DNA of 64,000 nucleotides from an uncultured delta proteobacterium (GTDB taxonomy: Bacteria > Myxococcota > Myxococcia > Myxococcales > Myxococcaceae): assembly GCA_963796055.1 (NCBI GenBank), contig CAWCKH010000005.1, forward strand, positions 160,001 to 224,000, read 5' to 3'. Position 1 is the stretch's first letter. Every line of letters begins with the position of its first letter. The translations under genes and the position numbers were made by a program. Under the pieces are notes generated by a model that was not told where the DNA came from, ran no database searches, and saw only the letters and a list, made by a program, of their open reading frames with translations. Shown here one piece after another: positions 18,097 through 26,744 of the stretch.

Positions 18097-20288
18097 TGGC
18101 GAGGCTCGCCAAGGCCAGGTTCGCGCTCGTCCTCGTGGGCTCCCAGGCCCTGGCGATCGTCGCGGCCGCGCTGGTCTGCGCAGGGGTGTGGGCCGCGCTC
18201 GGGCCCGACGAGCGTTCCGCCCTCGCCGCCGGCGTGGCGGAGCGGGCCCCGCTGCTCGTCGGTCTCGGGATCGGCCTGCTCGCCGGCCACTGGCTCCTGG
18301 TGTGGGTCCTCGTCCAGCAGCACGTGGCCGCCCCCCTCGCGCTCGCGCAGGGGACCCGCCTCGTCACCCACGGGAACGCCTCCCACCGGCTCGAGCCACT
18401 CGGCGGAGCGGAGCTCCGTGAGCTGGCGGACGCGATCAACGCGCTCGCCGGCGAGCGCGAGACGCTCCGCGGCGAGTTCGAGGCGAGGGTGGCGGAGGCG
18501 CAGCAGCGGCTGGGGGAGGAGCGCGATCGGCTCGCCGCGATCGTCGCCGAGTCGTCGCAAGCGGTGCTCGTCTGCAACCTCGAGGGGCGTATCCTCCTCT
18601 ACAACATGAAGGCGCGGGAGCTCCAGGGCAGGGCGACCGACGGGACGTCGCCGGACGGCGGAGCCGGCCTGGTGGGGCTGGCGCGGTCGGTGTTCGTGAT
18701 CCTCGAGCGGGCCCTGGTCGCCCACGCCCTGGAGACGATCCAGGCACGCCTGGAGAAGGGGACACAACATCCCGTGGCGAGCTTCGTCACCGCCGGCGGC
18801 GATCGGCTCCTGCGCGTCCACGTCTCACCCGTCCTGCGCGGCGGGCGCGCGACGCAGGACGCGGACGACCCCGCCCCGCGCGGCGCCGGGACGAGCGCCA
18901 TCACCGGGTTCGTTCTCCGCATCGACGACGTCACCCGGCAGCTCCAGGCGGGGAGCCGCACCGAGGCCGCCCTTCAGGCGCTCACCGACGCGAGCCGGCG
19001 CGCGCTCGCCAACATCCGCGCGGCGGTGGAGACGCTCCTCGCCCACCCGGGCCTGGAGGCCGAGCGGCGGGCCGGGTTCGTCGGGGTCATCCACGACGAG
19101 GCGTCGGCCCTCTCGGCCACCCTCGACCGCGCCGCACCCGAGCTCACCTCGCTACGGGCCGAGTTGCTCCTCGAGAACATGCAGGGAGCCGACCTCCTCT
19201 CGGCGGCGCGCTCGCGCATCGAGGGCATTCTCGGCCTGTCCACGACCCTCGACGAGATCGATCCCGGGCTCTGGCTCAAGGTGGAGAGCTACTCCCTGGT
19301 GCGGGCCGTCACCTCGATCGGGAGCCGGCTCCAGCGCCGGGGCGTCCGGGAGCTGCGGCTGGCGCTCGGGCGGGCCGGCCCGCGGGCGCACCTCGACGTC
19401 ACCTGGTCCGGCGCCGACGTGCCGACCGAGGTCCTCGCTCGCTGGGAGGACGAACCCCCCGACGTCGACGGGGAGCCCATGCCGCCCACGCTCAGAGCGG
19501 TGGTCGAGCGCCACGACGGAGCGGTCTGGTCCCAGGGGGACCGTCCCTCCGCGCCCGGATTCATCCGGCTGGTCCTCCCGGTGGCGGAGGCGGAGCAGGC
19601 GCCGCTCGCCTCCCCCCTCACGCGCGGCCGGCCCGAGTTCTACGATTTCGACCTGTTCCACCAGGCGGGGCAGACCCCGGAGCTGGACGAGCGGAAGCTC
19701 ACGGCGCTCGAGTACACCGCCTTCGACACCGAGACCACCGGGCTCTCCCCCTCCGGCGGCGACGAGATCATCTCCATCGGCGCGGTGCGCATCGTGAACG
19801 GGCGGCTGCTCCACCAGGAGGCCTTCGAGCAGTTCGTGGACCCCGGGAGGCCGGTGTCGCCGGAGACGGTCCGGATCACCGGCATCGATCCTGCGCTCCT
19901 CCGGGGCAAGCCGCCGATTGGGGAGGTCCTCCCCCGGTTCCATCGCTTCTGCGAGGGCACCGTGCTCGTCGCGCACAACGGCGCCTTCGACCTGCGCTTC
20001 CTCCAGCTGAAGGAAGAAGTGGCCGGGGTCCGCTTCACGCACCCGGTGCTCGACACCCTGCTCCTCGCCGAGCTGATCCAGCCGGACCTCCCCCCCACCG
20101 GGCTCGAGGGCATCGCCGAACGGTTCGCCGTTCCCGTGCTCGGGCGGCACACCGCGCTCGGCGATGCGATCATGACCGGCGAGATCTTCCTCAGGATGGT
20201 CCCCCTGCTGAGGGCGCGGGGCATCGAGACGCTCCGCGAGGCCAGGGAGGCGTCGCAGCGGACCTGGGCCGCACGCCTGGAGTACTGA
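18093..20288 (+). CDS. Membrane-anchored HAMP/PAS/pseudo-histidine-kinase fused to a DEDDh 3'-5' exonuclease domain
   Basis: Two TM segments, HAMP (ELRELADAINAL), PAS (V.VCNLEGRILLYN) and a kinase-like region lacking the H-box His. C-terminal FDTETTGL, HNGAFD and HTALGDA. Confidence 0.85.
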   Translation: MMARLAKARFALVLVGSQALAIVAAALVCAGVWAALGPDERSALAAGVAERAPLLVGLGIGLLAGHWLLVWVLVQQHVAAPLALAQGTRLVTHGNASHRLEPLGGAELRELADAINALAGERETLRGEFEARVAEAQQRLGEERDRLAAIVAESSQAVLVCNLEGRILLYNMKARELQGRATDGTSPDGGAGLVGLARSVFVILERALVAHALETIQARLEKGTQHPVASFVTAGGDRLLRVHVSPVLRGGRATQDADDPAPRGAGTSAITGFVLRIDDVTRQLQAGSRTEAALQALTDASRRALANIRAAVETLLAHPGLEAERRAGFVGVIHDEASALSATLDRAAPELTSLRAELLLENMQGADLLSAARSRIEGILGLSTTLDEIDPGLWLKVESYSLVRAVTSIGSRLQRRGVRELRLALGRAGPRAHLDVTWSGADVPTEVLARWEDEPPDVDGEPMPPTLRAVVERHDGAVWSQGDRPSAPGFIRLVLPVAEAEQAPLASPLTRGRPEFYDFDLFHQAGQTPELDERKLTALEYTAFDTETTGLSPSGGDEIISIGAVRIVNGRLLHQEAFEQFVDPGRPVSPETVRITGIDPALLRGKPPIGEVLPRFHRFCEGTVLVAHNGAFDLRFLQLKEEVAGVRFTHPVLDTLLLAELIQPDLPPTGLEGIAERFAVPVLGRHTALGDAIMTGEIFLRMVPLLRARGIETLREAREASQRTWAARLEY

Positions 20289-20308
20289 GTCTCTCGAGCG
20301 ACGGCAGC

Positions 20309-21772
20309 TCACCAGGAGAGCTGGGTGCGGAACCGGTCGGCCAGTCCCCGCTGGAACCAGCGAATGGTCCGGAAGGCCTGGCGGAGGGCGGCGCGGTCGA
20401 TGGCGTCGAGGCGGGAAGGGTCGACCTGGGTCGAGGGAGGCCGGACTTCCATGGCCGCGCCCAGCTCGGTATCGAGGCGGGCCCGGAGCAGCGTCTCCAG
20501 GGCGTGAGTCAGGTCGCGGCCCTCCTCCGCGCCCAGGGCCCCGGCGTCCACCGCGCGGGCGACACGGGCGGAGGTGCCGGTGTCCTTCATGCCAAGCTGC
20601 ACCGCGTAGGCCCGCATCCCGTGCACCAGAGGGAAGAGCCCCAGCGCCTTGACGTCGAAGCGCCCCCGATGGGGGCCATGGCGGGCAACCCGGAAACGGC
20701 CGAAGAGCCCCAGAGGCGGATCCCGCCGCAGGGCTTCGCGCGCCAGACGCTGGTGGAAGGGCGCGTACCGGGGAGCCTGCGTGCACGCCCAGGTCCACAC
20801 TTCGCTCGCCACCGCCTCGTCACCGGCGACGAACCGCCAGTCGAAGAACACGCTCGCCTCGACCAGGGCATCGTCCTCCGGACGTTCCATCCACTCGAGA
20901 AATCGCTCCTTCCACCGCCCGACGTCGAGGCGCCACCGGGGGTTGGTCGCCATGAAATTCCCGGGACAGTGGGGAACGCCAAGTGCCGCCAGTCTCTGGG
21001 CGATGCCCTCGGCCAGTCGAGTGAAGTACTCCCTGGCCGGGCCGTCGTCCGCGCCGAGGGCGTACACCAGCCCGTTGTCCTGGTCGGTGACCATGGTCTG
21101 CTCGCGGCGGCCTTCGCTGCCTCCCACCACCAGGGCATACGGCACCGGCGGTCGTCCGTGCCCCTCGGCAGCCAGCGCTTGCTCGGCAAGCTGCGTCACC
21201 CGGCGCAGGGTCCGGCTGTGGACCTCGGCGACGAGCTCGGTCACCTCGATGGCCGGGAGGCCGGCGCGGACCAGGCCCCGAACCAGCGGAGGGAGCCGCG
21301 ACTCGGCGGCGCGAATCCCGTCCAGGGAGGCCGCGGCGTCCACCGCCTGGGTGAGCGAGGCCGGATGCCCCGCTTCGAGCGGAACGAAGTCGTCGGTGAA
21401 GAGCACGCCGATCAGCTGACCGTCCCCGTCAACCACCGCCAGGTGGTGGAGCGCCGTGCGAGTCATCTCCCGGAGCGCGGTGAAGGCCCAGTCCTCGCCG
21501 CGCACCGTTTTCACCGGGGCGGACATGATCCCCGAGACCGGTCCCGAGGGTGGATACCCGCCGGCGACGACCTTGGAGCGAAGGTCCCGGTCGGTGACGA
21601 TCCCGATCGGGGTTCCTTTGTTCGCGACCACCGCCGCGCCGGTGTGTCGCTCGGTCATCGCCCTGGCCACGGCCGCCACGGCCTCGGTCGGGGCTGCGGT
21701 CACCAGCGGGCGACTCAGCAGCTCGCGGGTCCGGAGGCGGTGCAGCCAAGTCTGCAGGCGAGCGTCGGGCAT
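20309..21772 (-). CDS. CBS-CBS-DUF294 putative nucleotidyltransferase (copy 1)
   Basis: GIVTDRDLR CBS pair, GSEGRREQT..TDQDNGL Pol-beta-type NTase motif, CPGNFMA.NP.W, FFDWR and FDVK. Confidence 0.9.
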   Translation of the reverse strand: MPDARLQTWLHRLRTRELLSRPLVTAAPTEAVAAVARAMTERHTGAAVVANKGTPIGIVTDRDLRSKVVAGGYPPSGPVSGIMSAPVKTVRGEDWAFTALREMTRTALHHLAVVDGDGQLIGVLFTDDFVPLEAGHPASLTQAVDAAASLDGIRAAESRLPPLVRGLVRAGLPAIEVTELVAEVHSRTLRRVTQLAEQALAAEGHGRPPVPYALVVGGSEGRREQTMVTDQDNGLVYALGADDGPAREYFTRLAEGIAQRLAALGVPHCPGNFMATNPRWRLDVGRWKERFLEWMERPEDDALVEASVFFDWRFVAGDEAVASEVWTWACTQAPRYAPFHQRLAREALRRDPPLGLFGRFRVARHGPHRGRFDVKALGLFPLVHGMRAYAVQLGMKDTGTSARVARAVDAGALGAEEGRDLTHALETLLRARLDTELGAAMEVRPPSTQVDPSRLDAIDRAALRQAFRTIRWFQRGLADRFRTQLSW

Positions 21773-21904
21773 CCTCGGGAGCGCGCGGTTGGGCCGAGCA
21801 GGTTTTCAGATTCCTCCCACTCCCGCCATCCGGTGGCAGGGGTTGAACCCATCGGAGGCGCCTCTGGGGTGGCCCCGACCTCGGAATCTCTTGAGGATGG
21901 CATT

Positions 21905-23371
21905 TCAGGAGAGCTGGGTGCGGAACCGGTCGGCCAGTCCCTGCTGGAACAGGCGAATCGTCCGGAATGCCTCGCGGAGGGCGGCCCGATCGATGGCGTC
22001 GAGACGGGAGGGGTCGACCTGGCTCGAGGGAGGATGTCCTTCCATCGTCGCGCCCAGCTCTGCATCGAGGCGCGTGTGGAGCAGCGTTTCCAGAGCGTGA
22101 CTCAGGTTGCGGCCCTCCCCCGAGGGCAGGGCCCCCGCCTCCACCGCGCCGGCGATGCGGGCTGAGGTCCCGGTGTCCTTCAGACCGAGCTGCACCGCGT
22201 AGGTCCTCATCCCGTGCACCAGGGGGAAGAGCCCCAGCGCCTTGACGTCGAAGCACCCCCGATGCGGGCCGCGGTGGGCCACCCGGAAGCGGCCGAAGAG
22301 CCCGAGCGGCGGATCCCGGCGCAAGGCTTCGCGTGCCAGGCCCTGGTGGAAGGGCGCGTACCGGGGAGCCTGCCCGCAGGCCCAGGTCCACACCTCGCTT
22401 GCCACCGCCGCGTCGCCGGCGACGAACCGCCAGTCGAAGAACACGCTCGCCTCGACCAGGGCGTCGCCCTCCGGCCGTTCCATCCACTCCAGAAAGCGCT
22501 CCTTCCAACGCCCGACGTCGAGGCGCCACCGGGGGTTGACCGCCATGAAATTTCCGGGACACGGGGGAACGCCCAGCGCCGCGAGCCTCTGGGCGATGCC
22601 CTCGGCCAGTCGGGTGAAGTACTCGCCGGCCGCGCCTGCGACATCCTCGGCGACGGGGGTGTAGACCAGCCCGTTGTCCTGATCGGTGACCATGGTCTGC
22701 TCCCGCCGACCCTCGCTGCCCCCCACCACCAGGGCATACGGCACCGGTGGTCGTCCGTGCCCCTCGCTGGCCAGGCCCTCCTCGGCAAGCTGAACCACCC
22801 GCCGAAGTGTCCGGTCGTGGACCTCGGCCACCAGCTGCGTCACCTCGATGGCTGGGAGGCCTCCGCGGATGAGCCCCCGCACCATCCCGGGGAGGCGGGC
22901 TGCCGCAACCCGGAGCGCATCCGGCGAGGTCGCGGCGTCCACCTCCTTCACCACCGAGGCCGGATGCCCCCTCTCGAGTGCGAGGAAGTCATTGCTGGAG
23001 ATGACCCCGAGGAGCTCGCCTTCCCCATCGACCACTCCCAGGTGATGGATGGCCGAGCGGGTCATCTCCCGGAGCGCGATGAAGGCCCAGTCCTCGGCGC
23101 GAACGGTCTTCAGCGGCGCGGACATGATTCCCGACACCGGCCCCGAGGGAGGGTAGCCGCCAGCGACAACCTTGGAGCGAAGGTCGCGATCGGTCACGAT
23201 TCCCACCGGCGTCCGGCCGGTGGCGATCACCGCCGAGCCGATGCGGCGCTCGCTCATCGCTCGGGCGACGGCAGCGACGGCTTCGGTCGGCGCGGTGAGG
23301 AACGGGGGCCGGGTCACCAGCTCCCTGGCCCGCAGGCGGTGCAGCCCGGTTTCGAGGCGAGCGTCCGGCAT
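21905..23371 (-). CDS. CBS-CBS-DUF294 putative nucleotidyltransferase (copy 2)
   Basis: Same motifs as copy 1. ATG 23371 aligns with the copy-1 start (MPDARL). Confidence 0.9.
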   Translation of the reverse strand: MPDARLETGLHRLRARELVTRPPFLTAPTEAVAAVARAMSERRIGSAVIATGRTPVGIVTDRDLRSKVVAGGYPPSGPVSGIMSAPLKTVRAEDWAFIALREMTRSAIHHLGVVDGEGELLGVISSNDFLALERGHPASVVKEVDAATSPDALRVAAARLPGMVRGLIRGGLPAIEVTQLVAEVHDRTLRRVVQLAEEGLASEGHGRPPVPYALVVGGSEGRREQTMVTDQDNGLVYTPVAEDVAGAAGEYFTRLAEGIAQRLAALGVPPCPGNFMAVNPRWRLDVGRWKERFLEWMERPEGDALVEASVFFDWRFVAGDAAVASEVWTWACGQAPRYAPFHQGLAREALRRDPPLGLFGRFRVAHRGPHRGCFDVKALGLFPLVHGMRTYAVQLGLKDTGTSARIAGAVEAGALPSGEGRNLSHALETLLHTRLDAELGATMEGHPPSSQVDPSRLDAIDRAALREAFRTIRLFQQGLADRFRTQLS

Positions 23372-23467
23372 CGTTGATCGCGGTCTCGGCCGGCCGAGGT
23401 TCCCAGGTTCCACCCCCCCGCGCCATGCCGATGGAGCAGCGGCCACGCCCCGGCTAACCTCCGGCGG

Positions 23468-24796
23468 ATGCACCGTCCGCTCGTCGTGGCGGTCACCTCG
23501 ACCTCAGAGCTCGGCCACCGCTTCCCCGCCTGGAGCGTCATCCCCTTTGCCCTGATGCTCCTTGCCATCGCCGTCCTGCCGCTGGTCGCCGGCCGGTACT
23601 GGGAGAGGAACCGCAACAAGGCCGTCCTCAGCGTGGTGCTCGGGGCACCGGTGGCGATCTGGACCGCGCTGCTCGACAGCGGAGCCTTGCTGCACACGGC
23701 GACCGAGTACCTGGCCTTCATCGTCCTCCTCGGGGCCCTCTTCGTCATCGCTGGGGGGGTGGTGGTCCGCGGTACACTGGCCGGGACGCCCGGTGTCAAT
23801 GCCGTGCTGCTCGGTAGTGGCGCCGTCCTGGCCTCGCTGATCGGAACCACCGGCGCGTCGATGGTTCTCATCCGTCCACTTCTCCGGGCGAACTCCATCC
23901 GGCTGCGAAAGTCGCACGTGGTGGTCTTCTTCATCTTCGTGGTGGCCAACGCCGGTGGGCTCCTCACGCCGCTGGGGGATCCGCCACTGTTCCTCGGCTA
24001 CCTTCGCGGCGTCCCGTTCACCTGGACCCTCGGGCTCTGGAAGGCGTGGCTCGTGGTCAACGGCGCCCTGCTGCTCGTCTTCTACATCGTCGACTCCACG
24101 GTCTTCCGCCGGGAGGATCTGCAGCGCCCGGGGGACCTCGACGAGATCGCCGTGGCCCACCAGATCCCCATCCACATCGCCGGCTGGAGGAGCCTGGGCT
24201 ACCTGGGCGGGCTCCTGGCGGTGCTCGTGGTGTCGGGCACCCTGCGGCTCCCGGTGCTGCTGCAGACCGGAGCGATGCTGATGGTGACCGCCCTCTGCTG
24301 GCTGACCACCCCGCGCACGCTCCGCACCGAGAACGCCTTCAGCTGGCACCCCATCGTGGAGGTGGCGATCCTCTTCGCCGGGATCTTCGCCACGATGATT
24401 CCTCCGCTGGCCATCCTCAATGCGCGCGGGGGAGAGCTCGGGCTGCAGCAACCGTGGCAATACTTCTGGGCCACCGGCGCGCTCTCCTCCTTCCTGGACA
24501 ACGCGCCCACCTATCTGGTGTTCGCCTCTGCGGCCAGTGGCCAGGTGGGCACCGATGCCGCCAACCTGGGTCAGCTCGTGGCGAGCGAGCGCGGCGCGCA
24601 GCTCCTCACCGCCGTGTCCCTGGGCGCGGTCCTGATGGGAGCGAACACCTACATCGGCAACGGGCCCAACTTCATGGTGAAGGCCATCGCCGAGCACGCC
24701 GGCGTCCGGATGCCAGGATTCTTCCGGTACCTCGGCTACAGCGCGGTCACGCTCCTGCCCCTCTTCTACGCAGTGAGCCAAGCCTTCCTGGATTGA
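23468..24796 (+). CDS. Sodium:proton antiporter / IT-superfamily transporter
   Basis: GTTGASMVLIRP, N.GG.LTPLGDPPLFLG, SSFLDNAPTY and GANTYIGNGPNFMVK. Exact start uncertain. Confidence 0.85.
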   Translation: MHRPLVVAVTSTSELGHRFPAWSVIPFALMLLAIAVLPLVAGRYWERNRNKAVLSVVLGAPVAIWTALLDSGALLHTATEYLAFIVLLGALFVIAGGVVVRGTLAGTPGVNAVLLGSGAVLASLIGTTGASMVLIRPLLRANSIRLRKSHVVVFFIFVVANAGGLLTPLGDPPLFLGYLRGVPFTWTLGLWKAWLVVNGALLLVFYIVDSTVFRREDLQRPGDLDEIAVAHQIPIHIAGWRSLGYLGGLLAVLVVSGTLRLPVLLQTGAMLMVTALCWLTTPRTLRTENAFSWHPIVEVAILFAGIFATMIPPLAILNARGGELGLQQPWQYFWATGALSSFLDNAPTYLVFASAASGQVGTDAANLGQLVASERGAQLLTAVSLGAVLMGANTYIGNGPNFMVKAIAEHAGVRMPGFFRYLGYSAVTLLPLFYAVSQAFLD

Positions 24797-24870
24797 CGGA
24801 CTCGGCGAGCGGGGGACCCATCCACCGAGAGCGCCTCCTGCAGCCGAGTTGCAGTGAGACTGCGCCTCTG

Positions 24871-24896
24871 TGTTACCGAAGGTAACGGACTGTTAC
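24871..24896 (+). promoter_or_regulatory. Putative enhancer sites
   Basis: TGTTAC-CGAAG-GTAACG plus a TGTTAC half-site 20 bp downstream. Confidence 0.75.
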
Positions 24897-24957
24897 CGAT
24901 CGGGGCAGACCGAGCCACCTGGTGACGCTCTGCCAACGGATTACGAGGCGTGCAACT

Positions 24958-24972
24958 TGGCTTGAAAGTTGC
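24958..24972 (+). promoter_or_regulatory. sigma-54 -24/-12 promoter
   Basis: TGGCTTGAAAGTTGC. Confidence 0.8.
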
Positions 24973-25016
24973 GGTCTGCGGAAGTTGCCCACCCGTCTTC
25001 TGAAGGAGGCAGACCG

Positions 25017-26651
25017 ATGGCCGTCGCCGCGTCGTCCCTGCCCATGATCGACAAGAGCGAAGAGCGTCGCGTCATCTTCGCGTCGAGCCTGGGTACCGTC
25101 TTCGAGTGGTACGACTTCTACATCTACGCCGTGCTGGCGCCCTTCTTCGCCAGCGTGTTCTTCCCCCCGGGGAACCAGACGACGGCCCTCCTCAATGCTT
25201 TCGTGAACTACGCGGCAGGCTTCCTGGTCCGCCCGTTCGGGGCGCTGTTCTTCGGCCGGATCGGCGACCTGGTCGGCCGCAAGTACACCTTCCTCGTCAC
25301 CATCACGGTCATGGGTCTGTCCACGGCGCTGGTCGGCTTTCTCCCCACCTACTCCTCGGTCGGCATGCTCGCGCCGCTGCTGCTGCTCCTGCTCCGGCTG
25401 GCGCAGGGCCTGGCGCTGGGCGGTGAGTACGGCGGTGCGGCCACCTACGTGGCCGAGCACGCCCCGGAGAACAAGCGTGGCGGCCACACCGCCTGGATCC
25501 AGACCACCGCCACGGTGGGTCTGCTGCTGGCGCTGGTGGTGATCCTGGCGTGCCGCAGCGGGATGACCACCGCGGACTTCGCGAGCTGGGGCTGGCGCAT
25601 TCCGTTCATCCTCTCGATCATCCTCCTGGTCATCTCCATCTACATCCGGCTCAAGCTGAACGAATCGCCGATGTTCCGGCGGATGAAGGAAGAGGGCAAG
25701 GGAAGCAAGGCCCCGCTGTCCGAGAGCTTCGGGCAGTGGAGCAACCTCAAGATCGTGATCCTCGCCCTCCTCGGCGCGACTGCCGGACAGGGCGTGGTCT
25801 GGTACACCGGCCAGTTCTATGCGCTGTTCTTCCTCCAGACGACGCTGAAGGTCCCGTTCGAGACGGTGTACATGCTCATCGCCATCTCGCTGATCATCGG
25901 CACCCCGTTCTTCCTCGTCTTCGGCCGGCTCTCGGACCGGATCGGCCGCAAGTGGATCATGATGGCCGGGTGCCTGCTCGGCGTGCTCACCTACTTCCCG
26001 CTCTTCAAGGGGCTGACCCACTACGCCAACCCGGCGCTGGAGGCGTTCAACGCCAGCAACAAGATCACGCTGACCGCCACCAACTGCCAGACGCACATCT
26101 TCGCCCTGCCCACCACCAAGTACAGCGAGTGTGATCGCGTCCGGAACATCCTCGGCTCGAGGAGCGTGAACTACGACAACATCGAAGGCGCTCCAGGCTC
26201 CATGCCGGTGGTGCGGATCAACGACAAGGAGATCAGCTCTCCGGCCTCGATGGACGCGGCCGGGATCAAGGCCTTCGAAGGGCAGATCACCGGTGCCCTC
26301 ACTGCCTCAGGCTATCCGGCGAAGTTCGACCCGGCGGGCCTGAACTGGCCGATGGTGCTTCTCATCCTGCTGATCATGGTGATCTACGTCACCATGGTGT
26401 ACGGCCCCATCGCCGCGTTCCTGGTGGAGCTGTTCCCCACCCGGATCCGGTACACGTCGATGTCGCTGCCGTACCACATCGGCAACGGATGGTTCGGCGG
26501 CATGCTCCCTCTCACCGCGTCGGCCCTGGTGGCGGCGAACGGGGACATCTACTTCGGCCTCTGGTACCCGATCATCGTCGCGGCGATGACCTTCGTGATC
26601 GGCTCGCTCATGATCAAGGAGACCAAGGACCACAAGATCGGCGTGGTGTAG
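25017..26651 (+). CDS. MFS metabolite:H+ symporter (MHS family)
   Basis: ASSLGTVFEWYDF, RPFGA..FG.IGD.VGRK, QGLALGGEYGGA, WGWRIPF and ELFPTRIRY. GAAGGAGG RBS. Confidence 0.93.
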   Translation: MAVAASSLPMIDKSEERRVIFASSLGTVFEWYDFYIYAVLAPFFASVFFPPGNQTTALLNAFVNYAAGFLVRPFGALFFGRIGDLVGRKYTFLVTITVMGLSTALVGFLPTYSSVGMLAPLLLLLLRLAQGLALGGEYGGAATYVAEHAPENKRGGHTAWIQTTATVGLLLALVVILACRSGMTTADFASWGWRIPFILSIILLVISIYIRLKLNESPMFRRMKEEGKGSKAPLSESFGQWSNLKIVILALLGATAGQGVVWYTGQFYALFFLQTTLKVPFETVYMLIAISLIIGTPFFLVFGRLSDRIGRKWIMMAGCLLGVLTYFPLFKGLTHYANPALEAFNASNKITLTATNCQTHIFALPTTKYSECDRVRNILGSRSVNYDNIEGAPGSMPVVRINDKEISSPASMDAAGIKAFEGQITGALTASGYPAKFDPAGLNWPMVLLILLIMVIYVTMVYGPIAAFLVELFPTRIRYTSMSLPYHIGNGWFGGMLPLTASALVAANGDIYFGLWYPIIVAAMTFVIGSLMIKETKDHKIGVV

Positions 26652-26690
26652 CGCCCGTTCCCTTCGAGTCCGGGGATCCGTCCCCGACCG

Positions 26691-26744
26691 CCGGCCGGCC
26701 CCGTCCCTCCCCCCCGGGACACGGGTGCCGGCCGGGTTTTTTTT
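26691..26744 (+). terminator. Intrinsic terminator
   Basis: GC-rich stem (ccggccggc...gccggccgg) followed by a T8 run, between convergent genes. Confidence 0.75.

Noticed and set aside
18093..20288. DNA polymerase III epsilon (dnaQ)
   Set aside because: The DEDDh domain is only the C-terminal part of a membrane sensor-like fusion in a transport context
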